A stretch of DNA of 64,000 nucleotides from Planctomycetota bacterium (GTDB taxonomy: Bacteria > Planctomycetota > UBA11346): the NCBI GenBank assembly GCA_038231435.1, contig JBBRLJ010000018.1, positions 42,375 through 106,374 of the forward strand. The letters are read 5' to 3'. Below, in pieces: positions 1 to 9,642 of this stretch. The position numbers and the translations under genes are program-made. How positions within the stretch are numbered: the first letter of the stretch is position 1; each line of letters starts with the position of its first letter. Under the pieces are notes generated by a model that was given only the letters and a program-made list of their open reading frames with translations, searched no databases and was not told the DNA's origin.

Positions 1-3
1 AGG

Positions 4-1110
4 ATGGTCGCGATCAAGGTCCAGTATCCCGGTCTCCAGCGACTGGTCGCCATCGATCTGTTGCTGACGCGCGCGACCATGCGCCTGCTCAGGATCCTGG
101 TGCACGGCTTCCCGTTCCACGACCTGCTCGCCGAGCTCGAACGCGCGAGCGCCAGCGAACTCGACTACCTGCAGGAAGCGACCTCGGCCGACCGGCTGCG
201 TCCTTGTCTCGAAAAGCACGGCCTGTCGGCGCCGACGATCGTCTGGGAGCACACGCGCGAGAAGGTCCTGGTGATGGAGTTCGCGCCGGGAGCGACCTTG
301 GCGCGCACCGACCTCGAGGCCCTGGGCCACGACGAACGGCTGCGCGTCGCCAATGCCATCATCGATTGCTACCTGTCGATGCTGCTCGACGAAGGCTTCT
401 ATCACGCCGATCCGCATGCCGGCAATTTCGTCTACGACGCCGGACGCATCTGGCTGATCGATTTCGGCATGACCGGCAGCATCACCAAGCGCGAGGCCGA
501 ACTCTACCGGCGCTTCATGATCAACGTCCAGGGCCAGGATACCGACGGCATGATCGATGTGATGATCCAGCTGGGATTCATCCTGCCCGAGGTGCACCGC
601 GATCAGCTGCGCAAGGTCGCGCGCGAACTCTACGCGAGCCTGAAGGATTTCGCGCCGCAAGCGCTCAAGGGTTCGCGCAGGCAGTACGAGATCGGCGCGA
701 AGATCAACGAGATGCTGCGCCGATCGCAGGGCATCGTCTTCCCGCAACACACCATCATGATCTCGAGAGCCACCAGCCTGCTCGAGGGATTGTGCGTCGA
801 GCTGGTTCCCGACACCAGCTTCCTGAACCTGGTCCGGCCGCGCCTGCAGAAGATCATCACGCCGTGGTCGCAGGTGCGGCGCATGCTCGACGAAGCCCGC
901 GAGATGTGGCATGCGCTGCGCATCCTGCCCGATCGCCTGGCGGCCCTGCACATGCCGCACGCAGGATGGATGGCGCATGCGACGGTAGCCGGCTGCGTGC
1001 TGCTGGCGTCGACCCAGCTGCAACCCGGAGTGCTCCGCGACATCGCCATCGTCTGCTCGAGCATCGCCGCGGTCGCGTCGCTGGTGCGGCATCGCCGCAG
1101 TGGCTTTTAG
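4..1110 (+). CDS. ABC1/AarF/UbiB-family atypical protein kinase (probably 5'-truncated by the window edge)
   Basis: Motifs VAIKVQYPG, ELDY, LVMEF, HADPHAGN and DFG; two C-terminal hydrophobic helices; frame is open to position 1. Confidence 0.9.
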   Translation: MVAIKVQYPGLQRLVAIDLLLTRATMRLLRILVHGFPFHDLLAELERASASELDYLQEATSADRLRPCLEKHGLSAPTIVWEHTREKVLVMEFAPGATLARTDLEALGHDERLRVANAIIDCYLSMLLDEGFYHADPHAGNFVYDAGRIWLIDFGMTGSITKREAELYRRFMINVQGQDTDGMIDVMIQLGFILPEVHRDQLRKVARELYASLKDFAPQALKGSRRQYEIGAKINEMLRRSQGIVFPQHTIMISRATSLLEGLCVELVPDTSFLNLVRPRLQKIITPWSQVRRMLDEAREMWHALRILPDRLAALHMPHAGWMAHATVAGCVLLASTQLQPGVLRDIAIVCSSIAAVASLVRHRRSGF

Positions 1111-1160
1111 TTGGGGGGCTACGGCCCCCCAACATCGGCCTCCGGCCTGCCCCCCAAAAG
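1111..1160. repeat. Palindromic REP-like element or bidirectional terminator between convergent genes
   Basis: Perfect hairpin TTGGGGGGC-TACG-GCCCCCCAA directly after the stop codon, followed by GGCC-TCC-GGCC-TGCCCCC; similar layout at 4466-4510. Confidence 0.55.
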
Positions 1161-1203
1161 GCAGAGATCAGGCGGGTCTAGAGACGGGAGCTTCCTCGGA
1201 TCC

Positions 1204-1917
1204 CTAGCGGAAGACGCGGTCGTCGGCGGAGGGCGGCGGGGGAGGACCCATCTCGGGGGCGGAGTCGGGCTTCTCGATCTTTTCGGGTTCGACGAGCGCG
1301 GCTGCGGCGTCGACCAGGAAATGTCCGGCGTGGGCGGCGCGCAGGCGTTCGAGGCTCGCCTTGGCTTCCTCGACCCTAGACAGATGCATCAGCGCCATGA
1401 CCTCGTAGTAGCCGTAGCGCGCGGATTGCGGCTTGGCCACCGAGACCACGTCGAACAGCCCCTGCCAGTCGCTGCCGTCGACCAGCTGCGCGAGCTTCGC
1501 GTCGCTGGTCGCGATGGCGCCCTGGTCGTCGGGAAGGAAGGGCCCAATGATGCCGAGCACGCCCTTCACGGTGCCGTCGACCGGATCGCCCTTCTTGCCG
1601 GCGATCGAGACGTGGTGGTCGGTGCGGCCGTGCACCCACACCGTCGATTCGAGCACGCCGTCCCCACCAGACTTGCGCTCTTCGATGCGCACCACGATCA
1701 GGTCAGATGACTTGCGCGTCAGCTGCGCGCCGATGTCCGGGGAATTCACCAGGTCGATGTCCTTCACGCCGCGCGCGTCGAGCTCCTTGGCGGCGTCGGC
1801 GCCGAGCACGACATGGACATGCTTGCCGCCGGCCTCGGCGAGGGTCTGGGCGATGCGCTCGGCCGCGGCCTTGTCCGGCCCGCTGAAGAGCACGAGGATC
1901 ATCATCATTTCGACCAT
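1204..1917 (-). CDS. Hypothetical protein (Pro-rich C-terminus, possible TPR-like helices)
   Basis: 237-aa ORF with strong GC3 codon bias and natural composition; no recognisable motif. Confidence 0.7.
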   Translation of the reverse strand: MVEMMMILVLFSGPDKAAAERIAQTLAEAGGKHVHVVLGADAAKELDARGVKDIDLVNSPDIGAQLTRKSSDLIVVRIEERKSGGDGVLESTVWVHGRTDHHVSIAGKKGDPVDGTVKGVLGIIGPFLPDDQGAIATSDAKLAQLVDGSDWQGLFDVVSVAKPQSARYGYYEVMALMHLSRVEEAKASLERLRAAHAGHFLVDAAAALVEPEKIEKPDSAPEMGPPPPPSADDRVFR

Positions 1918-2005
1918 GCGCGGAGCATAGCCGGTGCTGGTTTGCCCGGAAGCGCCGGCTTGCCGGACGCCGGGACATTTTCACCCTGCTTGCTAGTCTC
2001 CGCCC

Positions 2006-2800
2006 ATGCGCGTAGCGCGGCTCGCCTGGCTGATGTTCGTGACGGTGCTCAAGCGCCGCCTCGCCTACCGCGGGGACCTGCTGCTGCAGGGACTCGACGA
2101 GATCATGCGCGGTCTGGTCAATTTCACGATGCTCCAGGTCTACCTGTCGAAATGCTCGGAGGTCGGTAGCTGGACCAAGCCGCAGCTGACCTTCATCCTG
2201 GGATTCAGCATGATCCCGACGGCGCTGTTCCACTGCGTGTGCGGCAACCTCTATTCGCTGTCGAGCACCTACATCATCCAGGGCAACCTCGATCGCGTGC
2301 TGCTGCGGCCGTACCCGGCCTTCCTGCAGATCTGCTTCGACCGCCTGGCGATCGAGGATCTCTCGGGCGTGGTGCTCGGCATCGCGGTGATGGCGTTGGC
2401 ATTGCCGTACCTGCCGGATTTCCGCTACGATCCGCTGCACCTCGCGCTGCTGGTCGCGCTGATGGCCTCGGCGTTCGTGCTGGTGGTGGCGGTGTTCATG
2501 GCCTTCGCCGCCACCGGCTTCTGGTTCGAGGATCGCGTCGGCATGGTTCCGCCGGTCTACAACCTGATGGAGCTCGGACGCTGGCCGAACCGCATCTACC
2601 ACCCCGCGCTCCAGGCGCTGGTCAGCTTCGTGATCCCGTTCTCGTTCGTCGCCTTCTACCCGGCCGGGGTCTTCACGGGAAACAAGGAGGCGAGCTGGAA
2701 TGCCGCCCTGGCGACCCCAGTGGTAGCGACACTGGCACTCGCGCTCGCGCTCTGCATGTGGCGAGCCGGCATCCGCCGCTACAATTCGACAGGCACCTAG
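2006..2800 (+). CDS. ABC-2 type transporter permease (DUF990-like)
   Basis: About six TM segments, LAYRGD, GNLDRVLLRP, FVIPFSFVAFYPA and C-terminal GIRRYNSTG typical of the family. Confidence 0.85.
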   Translation: MRVARLAWLMFVTVLKRRLAYRGDLLLQGLDEIMRGLVNFTMLQVYLSKCSEVGSWTKPQLTFILGFSMIPTALFHCVCGNLYSLSSTYIIQGNLDRVLLRPYPAFLQICFDRLAIEDLSGVVLGIAVMALALPYLPDFRYDPLHLALLVALMASAFVLVVAVFMAFAATGFWFEDRVGMVPPVYNLMELGRWPNRIYHPALQALVSFVIPFSFVAFYPAGVFTGNKEASWNAALATPVVATLALALALCMWRAGIRRYNSTGT

Positions 2801-2913
2801 GGGTGTCGGCGTAACATTTGGCAGGGCAAGGGCATCGGTTTCCCGATGAACCGCCTGCCGGGTGCTTCGTTGATCTCTTCGTTCGTTGTCTCGGCGCAGC
2901 CGCAGGAGCACTC

Positions 2914-4455
2914 ATGGCCCGTCCCGCCCCCTCGTCCACTCCCTCGCGCCGCCGTTCCGGCGGAGGTGGCGGCTGGCTCTTCCTGTTCGTGGTGGTTGCC
3001 GCCGCGGCCGCGGTGTTCTTCTTCGCCGGCGACAAGGTGCGCGACGTCCTCGGCATCGCGCGCAAGCCCGCCAGCGAAGGCAACGAGCCCACCGCCCCGG
3101 CCTCGGTCGAGGGCAAGGTCGTCGAGCGCCTTCCGCACGAGGCGATGGGCACCAGCGCGGTCGCCACCAAGGCCCCCGAGCAGGCCAAGCCGGTCGAGGT
3201 CAAGCCGGTGGTCGACAAGCCGACGATCGTGGCGTTCAAGGACCAGGCCAAGGCCGAAGGGCTGGTCGCCGAGGCCGAGAAATATTACAAGACCTTCAAG
3301 TGGCAGCAGGCCAAGAGCGCCGCCGACCGCACCATCGGGCTGAGCGCCAAGCCGGGCACCCTCGCGCGCGCACGCGACATCTCGAGCGGCTCGAGCGAAA
3401 TCGAGAACCTGTTCAAGAACCTCGACGACAAGGATGAGCTGACCCGCAACTACGACACCTCGCCCAGCCTGGTGCAGATCGACTCTGCGACCGGCCCGAT
3501 GCTGGTGGTCCCGGTGAGCGGAGACAACAGCAAGGATCCGATCATCGTCGATCAGGATCCGGTCAACTACATCAAGACCATGAGCCGCGCCGGCAAGGTC
3601 AAGGCGCTGGTGAAGGGCAAGAAGGACTTCATCTACGGCGAACTGCCCGACACCCTGACCGAGGTCACCCTCGTCGATCAGACCAAAGTGAAGCAGGAGA
3701 AGCAGGCTGATTTCACCCAGAAGCTCGCCGCGCTGCGCAACAGCTCGGCGGCGCGCGACGCGCTGGCGTGGTACGACGCCGCGAAGTTCGCCTACCGCAA
3801 CCGCCTCGACGACCAGGTCACCGAGATGCTCGACCAAGCGCTCGAGTTCGATCCGGAGCTGGTGAAGAGCGTGCGCGAGGACAAGGCCGCGCGGCTGTAC
3901 GCCTCGATGATCTTCCACCTGAAGAACAACAACAAGAAGCAGGCCGACACCTACATGGGGATGATCCATCGCAAGTACGCCGACACCGACCAGGGCAAGC
4001 AGGCGCAGCTGTATTACGACGGCAAGACCCAAGAGCTGGTGGCGATGGCGATGGACGAGGACCGCAAGCGCAAAGAGGACGCCGACAAGCGCCGTCTCGC
4101 GCGCCTCGACAAGGCCAAGCAGGCCGGCGACAACACCAAGGTCGCTGCCATCGAGAAGGAATCGACCGAGGTGGAAGTGGTCGCCGACAACGACATTCCG
4201 GCGAATCCTGACGAATCTGCCGCGGAGAAGGCCTACCAGGAAGGCTATAAGGCGTACTCGAAAGCCGTCGACATGCCCGCCACCTCTGAACGCAATGTGG
4301 TGTACCGCCAAGCCGCCAAATCGTTCGGCGCCGCTGTGGCGATGTACAAGAAGCTCATCGAGAAGAATCCTGCCAACATGGAGAGCCTTCAGAACAAGAT
4401 GGTCGAGGCGAACAAGCTCAAGTTCGGCGCGGACAAATACGTGACGGCTTTCTGA
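2914..4455 (+). CDS. Membrane-anchored helical/TPR-like hypothetical protein (paralog 1)
   Basis: AGGAG RBS before ATG 2914; N-terminal TM helix; Lys/Ala-rich, highly biased codons; homologous to next gene. Confidence 0.8.
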   Translation: MARPAPSSTPSRRRSGGGGGWLFLFVVVAAAAAVFFFAGDKVRDVLGIARKPASEGNEPTAPASVEGKVVERLPHEAMGTSAVATKAPEQAKPVEVKPVVDKPTIVAFKDQAKAEGLVAEAEKYYKTFKWQQAKSAADRTIGLSAKPGTLARARDISSGSSEIENLFKNLDDKDELTRNYDTSPSLVQIDSATGPMLVVPVSGDNSKDPIIVDQDPVNYIKTMSRAGKVKALVKGKKDFIYGELPDTLTEVTLVDQTKVKQEKQADFTQKLAALRNSSAARDALAWYDAAKFAYRNRLDDQVTEMLDQALEFDPELVKSVREDKAARLYASMIFHLKNNNKKQADTYMGMIHRKYADTDQGKQAQLYYDGKTQELVAMAMDEDRKRKEDADKRRLARLDKAKQAGDNTKVAAIEKESTEVEVVADNDIPANPDESAAEKAYQEGYKAYSKAVDMPATSERNVVYRQAAKSFGAAVAMYKKLIEKNPANMESLQNKMVEANKLKFGADKYVTAF

Positions 4456-4614
4456 CGGGCTTTTAGTCGGGGTGCCTGTGGCCCCCGACGTCGGCCGGCC
4501 TTGCCCCCAGGAAGAAATTGCGTGGGCTTCGTTGCGGTCTGGTTGTTTGGTCGCTGATAGACCGCGGCACGAGGTAGTCGCGAGCGCGACGAGCGCGCGA
4601 ATGGCGGTCCTACG

Positions 4615-6054
4615 ATGGAGACGAGCGGTATGAACCAACCACCGGCGGCGAAACGGCGGGGCACGGGGTGGCTCGTGCTCGGGATCGTGATGGTTGGGGT
4701 TGGGGTGATCGCGGTGGTGTCGAGCGGGCGGATGCGGGCGGCGATCGGGATCAGCGCGATGCCGGGGGATGCGGGGCGGGAGCCGGTCGGGGATGCGGCG
4801 CACGGCGATGCGGCGGTGGCGGCGCGTGGGCATGAGGTGGTGATGCCACCGTCGGCGGTGGTGCTCGCGCCCGCCACTTCGCCAGCGCGACCGGCGGAAA
4901 TCCCGACGGGATCGCCGGCGATATCCGCGAAACGATCTGGAACGGATGAGAAGACCGATGAGAAGGAGGCCGGGCAGGTCCTGGAATCCGCCCAGAGGTC
5001 GCTCGCAACGTTGACGTGGTCGGAGGCCGGCGTGCTGGCGGGGCGCGCCGCGGCGCTCGCGGGCGACCCTGGGACCAAAGAACGGGCAATGGGCGTAATG
5101 GCGCTCGCACACCAGGCCGAGCTGGCGTTCGCGCGACTCAAAGAGCGCGATGAGCTCTCGCGCAATTGGGATACGCATCCGAGCCTGGTGCGCATCGGCG
5201 ATGGAACCTCGGGGATGCTCGCCATTCCGCTGGCCGAGATCCAGCCATCCGGGCCCGAGCCGGCCGTCGCGCCCGGCGATCCGGTCGCGTTCATCGAAAC
5301 CGCTCGCAAGCTCGGCCCGGTGCATGCCTTGGTCAAGGGCCGCAATGAGTACATCGTCACGGTGCTGCCTGACAGCATCGGCGATATCTCGCGCGTCGAT
5401 GTCGCGGCGGCGATCGCACAGCGGCGCGCCGAACTCACCGCCAAGCTCGCCGACATCGGCGGGGGCGCGCAAGCCGGGGAAGCGCTGGCGTGGTACGCTG
5501 CGGCGCGTTTCGCGTTCCGCAATCGGGTCGACGATCTGGTCAGCGGGCCGCTTGCCAAGGCCTTCGCCTTGGATCGGAACCTGGTCGAGAGCGTACGCGA
5601 TGACAAGTCGGCGCGGCTGTTCGCGGCCTTGGTGTTCCACGTCACCAATGGCAATCGTACCCAGGCGGCGGCATTCTACGGGCGGATCATTCCGGCTTAT
5701 GCCGACACCGAGCATGGCAAGCAGGCCGAAGCGTACTGGAAGCGGCGCTCCCAGACGCCCGATACGCCCGCGGCTCCGACGCCCGCGGCCGGGCCGAAGG
5801 CCGCCGACGCGGGGCAAGGTCCCGACGCCGAATTCGCGGCGGGGAGAGACGCCTACGCGAAGGCGCAGCAACTGCCGCTCACGGACGAACGCAACGCGCT
5901 CTATCGTGCGGCGATCGCGCATTTCGACGTGGCGCTTGCCGGTTACAAAGCGATGCAGGCCAAGACGCCGACTGATGCCCAGCTCCAGGATCGCGTGACC
6001 GATACCCAGATGCTGCGCTTCGCGGCGATGAAGTATCTCACTGATTTCGAGTGA
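4615..6054 (+). CDS. Membrane-anchored hypothetical protein (paralog 2 of 2914-4455)
   Basis: Shared blocks DELxRNxDTxPSLVxI, ALAWYxAAxFAxRNRxDDxV, YADTxxGKQA, ERNxxYRxA. Confidence 0.8.
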   Translation: METSGMNQPPAAKRRGTGWLVLGIVMVGVGVIAVVSSGRMRAAIGISAMPGDAGREPVGDAAHGDAAVAARGHEVVMPPSAVVLAPATSPARPAEIPTGSPAISAKRSGTDEKTDEKEAGQVLESAQRSLATLTWSEAGVLAGRAAALAGDPGTKERAMGVMALAHQAELAFARLKERDELSRNWDTHPSLVRIGDGTSGMLAIPLAEIQPSGPEPAVAPGDPVAFIETARKLGPVHALVKGRNEYIVTVLPDSIGDISRVDVAAAIAQRRAELTAKLADIGGGAQAGEALAWYAAARFAFRNRVDDLVSGPLAKAFALDRNLVESVRDDKSARLFAALVFHVTNGNRTQAAAFYGRIIPAYADTEHGKQAEAYWKRRSQTPDTPAAPTPAAGPKAADAGQGPDAEFAAGRDAYAKAQQLPLTDERNALYRAAIAHFDVALAGYKAMQAKTPTDAQLQDRVTDTQMLRFAAMKYLTDFE

Positions 6055-6467
6055 CCAGTACAGGAGGCCGACCAGGACTCCTGTTCCGACTCTTGGCTCG
6101 GCACGATGCTGGCATGCTCACGCTTCACGTCCTAGCTGATCATGATCGGCGACTCCATCGCCTACGCTGAACGCGACCGGGAAGAAATGTGTTTGGCTTG
6201 GTCGTGTCGTATGGCGTCGCAGCTGAGCGATTGTCACACGCTGTGGTCGCGGGTTGCACGACGGATACCGTTGGGCGCGGCACGGACCGTGCCCCCCATC
6301 GATCAGGAACTCCTCAGCCGGTATGCGAATGCAGGGAAGCGGTCCGCACGCAGGAATCTTCCAGAGATCATCGGGATTTCAGCGCAATGAGCTGAGTCAT
6401 TCACGTATTCAAGCTTGTCTTAGGCTCAAAGGTAGTTCGGGTACAAGAATCCCCAGGTGGGGCATAC

Positions 6468-8765
6468 ATGGCTACCGACGGAGGGCACGTGGCGGACGAG
6501 AAACCAACAGAGGCGGGCGAGGTGCGGCTGGAGCCATTGCGGCGATACCTCGCCCGCTGGTGCCGCGCAAACCGTGGCGTGTGCTGGATTATCGCCGCCG
6601 CACTCACCGTGCTCGCTGGGCTCATCCTGAAGTTGAGCTTCTACCCCGGTGAGCAGGCGAAGGGCTCAGCCAATTGGAATCTGCTTTACGAGGAGCACTT
6701 TGATGGACCACTCGACGATCGCTGGGTGGGAAGCACATCGAGTTGGGACAGTTCCAATGCAAAGCCGGATCTCGTCCGCGCCGACGATCCCAACTATTTC
6801 TCGCGCGTACGCGGGGCGATCACCTCCAGAGCACGGGTCGATGGATACCTCGATCTCGTCTACCAGCGGCATCTGATTGGGGATTTCCGCGTGGAATGGG
6901 AATATACGCCTCTTGCTCACACCACCAACCTCAACTGTTTCATCGACGGAGACAGCCGCAACAGCGGCTACACCATTCACGTCGGCGGTTTCGGCGACCC
7001 GCGACGCTGTGTGCTCACCAAAGGGCACGACTACGAGAAGCTCGATGACAACGACGAACTCGGCGTGCTCACGGTCGGCCGCCGTTACCACTTCCTCATG
7101 CAGAAGGAAGGCCACACCATCAGCTTTGCCGTCGACGGACTGCACATTTTCGACTATGTCGACGCCGATATTCTAGATCTCCCCAACATCGGCTCGTTCG
7201 GTTTCGATTCGGTCGGTGAATCGCCCGTCCGCATCGAAGACGTGCGCATCTACCGCAAGCCGCTCGACCAGAAGATGTCGCCCATCGACTTTGGCGACAA
7301 ACTGGTGCAGATGGGCCAGTACGACAACGCCTTCGTCCAATTCTCGGAGATTTTCGAATCCTTCGGTGGAACGGAGCTCGCGCCCGAAGCGCTCTATCGC
7401 ATGGCGCTGTGCTCACTGCGCATGAAGAACCAGAGGGCTCGAGGCCTCGCCCTTCTCGACCGCTTCCAACGCGAATTTCCTGAGCATCCGCTCCTGGTCT
7501 ACTGCCTATATGACCGCTTCGCCTTGGCGCGCGCCGGGGGCGATACAGCGACGGTGGATCGGCTGTTAGGCGAGTTCAAGAAGTACCGCGGTCATCCGAT
7601 CCTGAAGAAGGCGCTACTGGATCTCGCCAACCAGGAGGCGCAATCATTTCAAGAATTCCCCACGCTGCAGCTCGAAGACGAGGTCTATCCACCCGACGAG
7701 ATCGCGCGCGTCATGGCCTCTTTCCACAAGCTCAAGGACTGGTCGGTGGACTTCGGCATTCCGTTGATGCGCACGAAATTACAGGAACAGTTCCCTCCCA
7801 TATTGAACTGGTTCGGTCGCGCCGACCTCGCTGAAGAACTCTGTACCAAGGATTCCAGCGCCCTCGCGGGCGCCTTGTTCGAACAGGGAAAGTTCGAAGA
7901 ATTGCTGCAGCGCTTCCCTTGGATGGTCGAATCTCGTGGCATGGCCCTGATCTATACCGGTCACGCCAAGCAGGTGGTGAACTCGCGAGAGTACTCCGAA
8001 GGCACGCGCTGGTTCGCGGCCTGCGTCCTCGGCCAGGCAGAGGAGTTGCTGCCGACATTCAGTGTGCGCCAGCGCATCGATGTGCTGTGGCGTCTCGGGC
8101 GCTCGGCCGAGGCGCTACCGTTCGCGGAGTCGTTTCCCAGACTGATGGTCGGACTCCTGCTCGATCTCAAGCGCGGCGACGAGGCCCTTACCTACCTGGA
8201 CACCGAGTGGGTGAGACTCCAGATCATGTATGATCAAGGTAAGTACGACGAGCTCCTCTCGACTAAAAATAATCGCCCCTTGGCCTATCGCTCTGCCTTC
8301 GCCGTGATCAGACAAGGCGAACCGGAATGGGGACGAGCATTGCTCGAGCGCCTGCGTGGCCCGAGCGTATCCTATGGCGACGAGGAAGCGATATTCGGAC
8401 GCTTCTACCTGCCGATGTTGCTCGACAATGCCAATGGCGCCACGGTCGATAGGCGCGCCTGTCTGAAAGACCTGCTCGAACACGCACGCTACTCTGGCAT
8501 GCAGCTGCCCTGGTATCGCGCTGCCCTGATCACTGGCCAGATCGACGAGGCCGCTTTCGCCAAGCAGCCCATCAAGATCTACGCGGAATGCCGACTGCTG
8601 ATCGCGCGCGGCATCCGTCACGAACTCGACCACGAGTGGGCGCAGGCCGCTCACGACTACCGCGAGTGTCTGGCGCTCCCGTGGTATCGCTCCAATATTG
8701 GATCACTGACGAAGGATTACCTGACGTGGCGCAGTGAACGGCTCGAGAAAGATGCTGCGCGCTAG
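6468..8765 (+). CDS. Membrane-anchored protein with ConA/LamG-like beta-sandwich followed by TPR (BamD/YbgF-like) repeats
   Basis: TM at about aa 38-56; GDFRVEWEY...GRRYHFLMQKEG...VRIEDVRIY lectin-like pattern; TPR pattern ELAPEALYRMALC...FQREFPEHP. Confidence 0.7.
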   Translation: MATDGGHVADEKPTEAGEVRLEPLRRYLARWCRANRGVCWIIAAALTVLAGLILKLSFYPGEQAKGSANWNLLYEEHFDGPLDDRWVGSTSSWDSSNAKPDLVRADDPNYFSRVRGAITSRARVDGYLDLVYQRHLIGDFRVEWEYTPLAHTTNLNCFIDGDSRNSGYTIHVGGFGDPRRCVLTKGHDYEKLDDNDELGVLTVGRRYHFLMQKEGHTISFAVDGLHIFDYVDADILDLPNIGSFGFDSVGESPVRIEDVRIYRKPLDQKMSPIDFGDKLVQMGQYDNAFVQFSEIFESFGGTELAPEALYRMALCSLRMKNQRARGLALLDRFQREFPEHPLLVYCLYDRFALARAGGDTATVDRLLGEFKKYRGHPILKKALLDLANQEAQSFQEFPTLQLEDEVYPPDEIARVMASFHKLKDWSVDFGIPLMRTKLQEQFPPILNWFGRADLAEELCTKDSSALAGALFEQGKFEELLQRFPWMVESRGMALIYTGHAKQVVNSREYSEGTRWFAACVLGQAEELLPTFSVRQRIDVLWRLGRSAEALPFAESFPRLMVGLLLDLKRGDEALTYLDTEWVRLQIMYDQGKYDELLSTKNNRPLAYRSAFAVIRQGEPEWGRALLERLRGPSVSYGDEEAIFGRFYLPMLLDNANGATVDRRACLKDLLEHARYSGMQLPWYRAALITGQIDEAAFAKQPIKIYAECRLLIARGIRHELDHEWAQAAHDYRECLALPWYRSNIGSLTKDYLTWRSERLEKDAAR

Positions 8766-9057
8766 CCTGGCGCATGTGCGGTCCCATTACAGATTGACGG
8801 TGCGTGGAATCGCATCGCCGAGCGCGCTTCGAACTGCGCATACGTGTGACACACGATGGGACTTGGCTTTGAAGCCTTAACCTAAATGGCGATTTCTGCC
8901 GCACGTGTCTTCACGTAGAGTTCCGTACCCCGAGCGCAGCGTGCGCCCTTCCCCAGGTGAAGCTCCCTCCTCGAGTATTGTCCGGTCGCATCGACTTGGG
9001 AACGTCTGCTCAAGTAGCGCAAATATCCTGTTCATCCGTAACCCGTCCGTACTAGGC

Positions 9058-9642
9058 ATGCGCATCACTACCTCTCCATCCGCTGCGAACCTCTCTGCCG
9101 CAGCGCCGCCAAGGATCAGCGCGCGCGGCTTCACGCTCATCGAGTTGCTGGTCGTCATCACCATCATCTGCATCCTCATGGGGCTGCTGGGATCGGCCAT
9201 CGCCATGGTGCGGCAGCGGGTGTTCCGCTCGCAGGCTACAGGTCGGATCGCTCAGCTGCAGTGGGCCTTCGATAACTACGCCACCGAGGACCGGCGCCAT
9301 CGCTATCCTCCGCAGACGGGAGCCGCAGATCTCTCTCTTCGCTACGACCCAAGCGGCGTCATGCCTGGAAACCTCAACGCCCTCACGGCGCTGGGCCATC
9401 AACTCGATCTGAGTGGCTTCGATCGCAGCGTTCCAGCGCCCTACCCGTTGCTCGATCCCTGGAGGCGACCGTATCAGTATCAAGTCGATAGCGATCTGAT
9501 CTCATTCTCAACACCCCAACGGCCCCTTCCGCTCCTCGGCTGGAACGTTGCCGGAACCCGCCCTTGGGCATACCTGTGGTCGGTTGGACAGAAGGCGCGA
9601 ACCGATGGCGTCGATTGGATCTACACGAAGGACGCGAAATAG
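9058..9642 (+). CDS. Type IV pilin-like / T2SS pseudopilin, GspG-like
   Basis: Class III signal RG|FTLIELLVVI; GspG-like DPWRRPYQY and YLWSVG motifs; start codon uncertain. Confidence 0.85.
   Translation: MRITTSPSAANLSAAAPPRISARGFTLIELLVVITIICILMGLLGSAIAMVRQRVFRSQATGRIAQLQWAFDNYATEDRRHRYPPQTGAADLSLRYDPSGVMPGNLNALTALGHQLDLSGFDRSVPAPYPLLDPWRRPYQYQVDSDLISFSTPQRPLPLLGWNVAGTRPWAYLWSVGQKARTDGVDWIYTKDAK

Noticed and set aside
2797..5922. 1041-aa minus-strand ORF and other long antisense ORFs (19112-21535, 21567-23981, 48422-50221)
   Set aside because: Shadow frames of GC3-biased real genes; Arg/Gly-rich with no motifs
6142..6395. Small ORFs in the gap before 6468
   Set aside because: No RBS, codon bias or motif support
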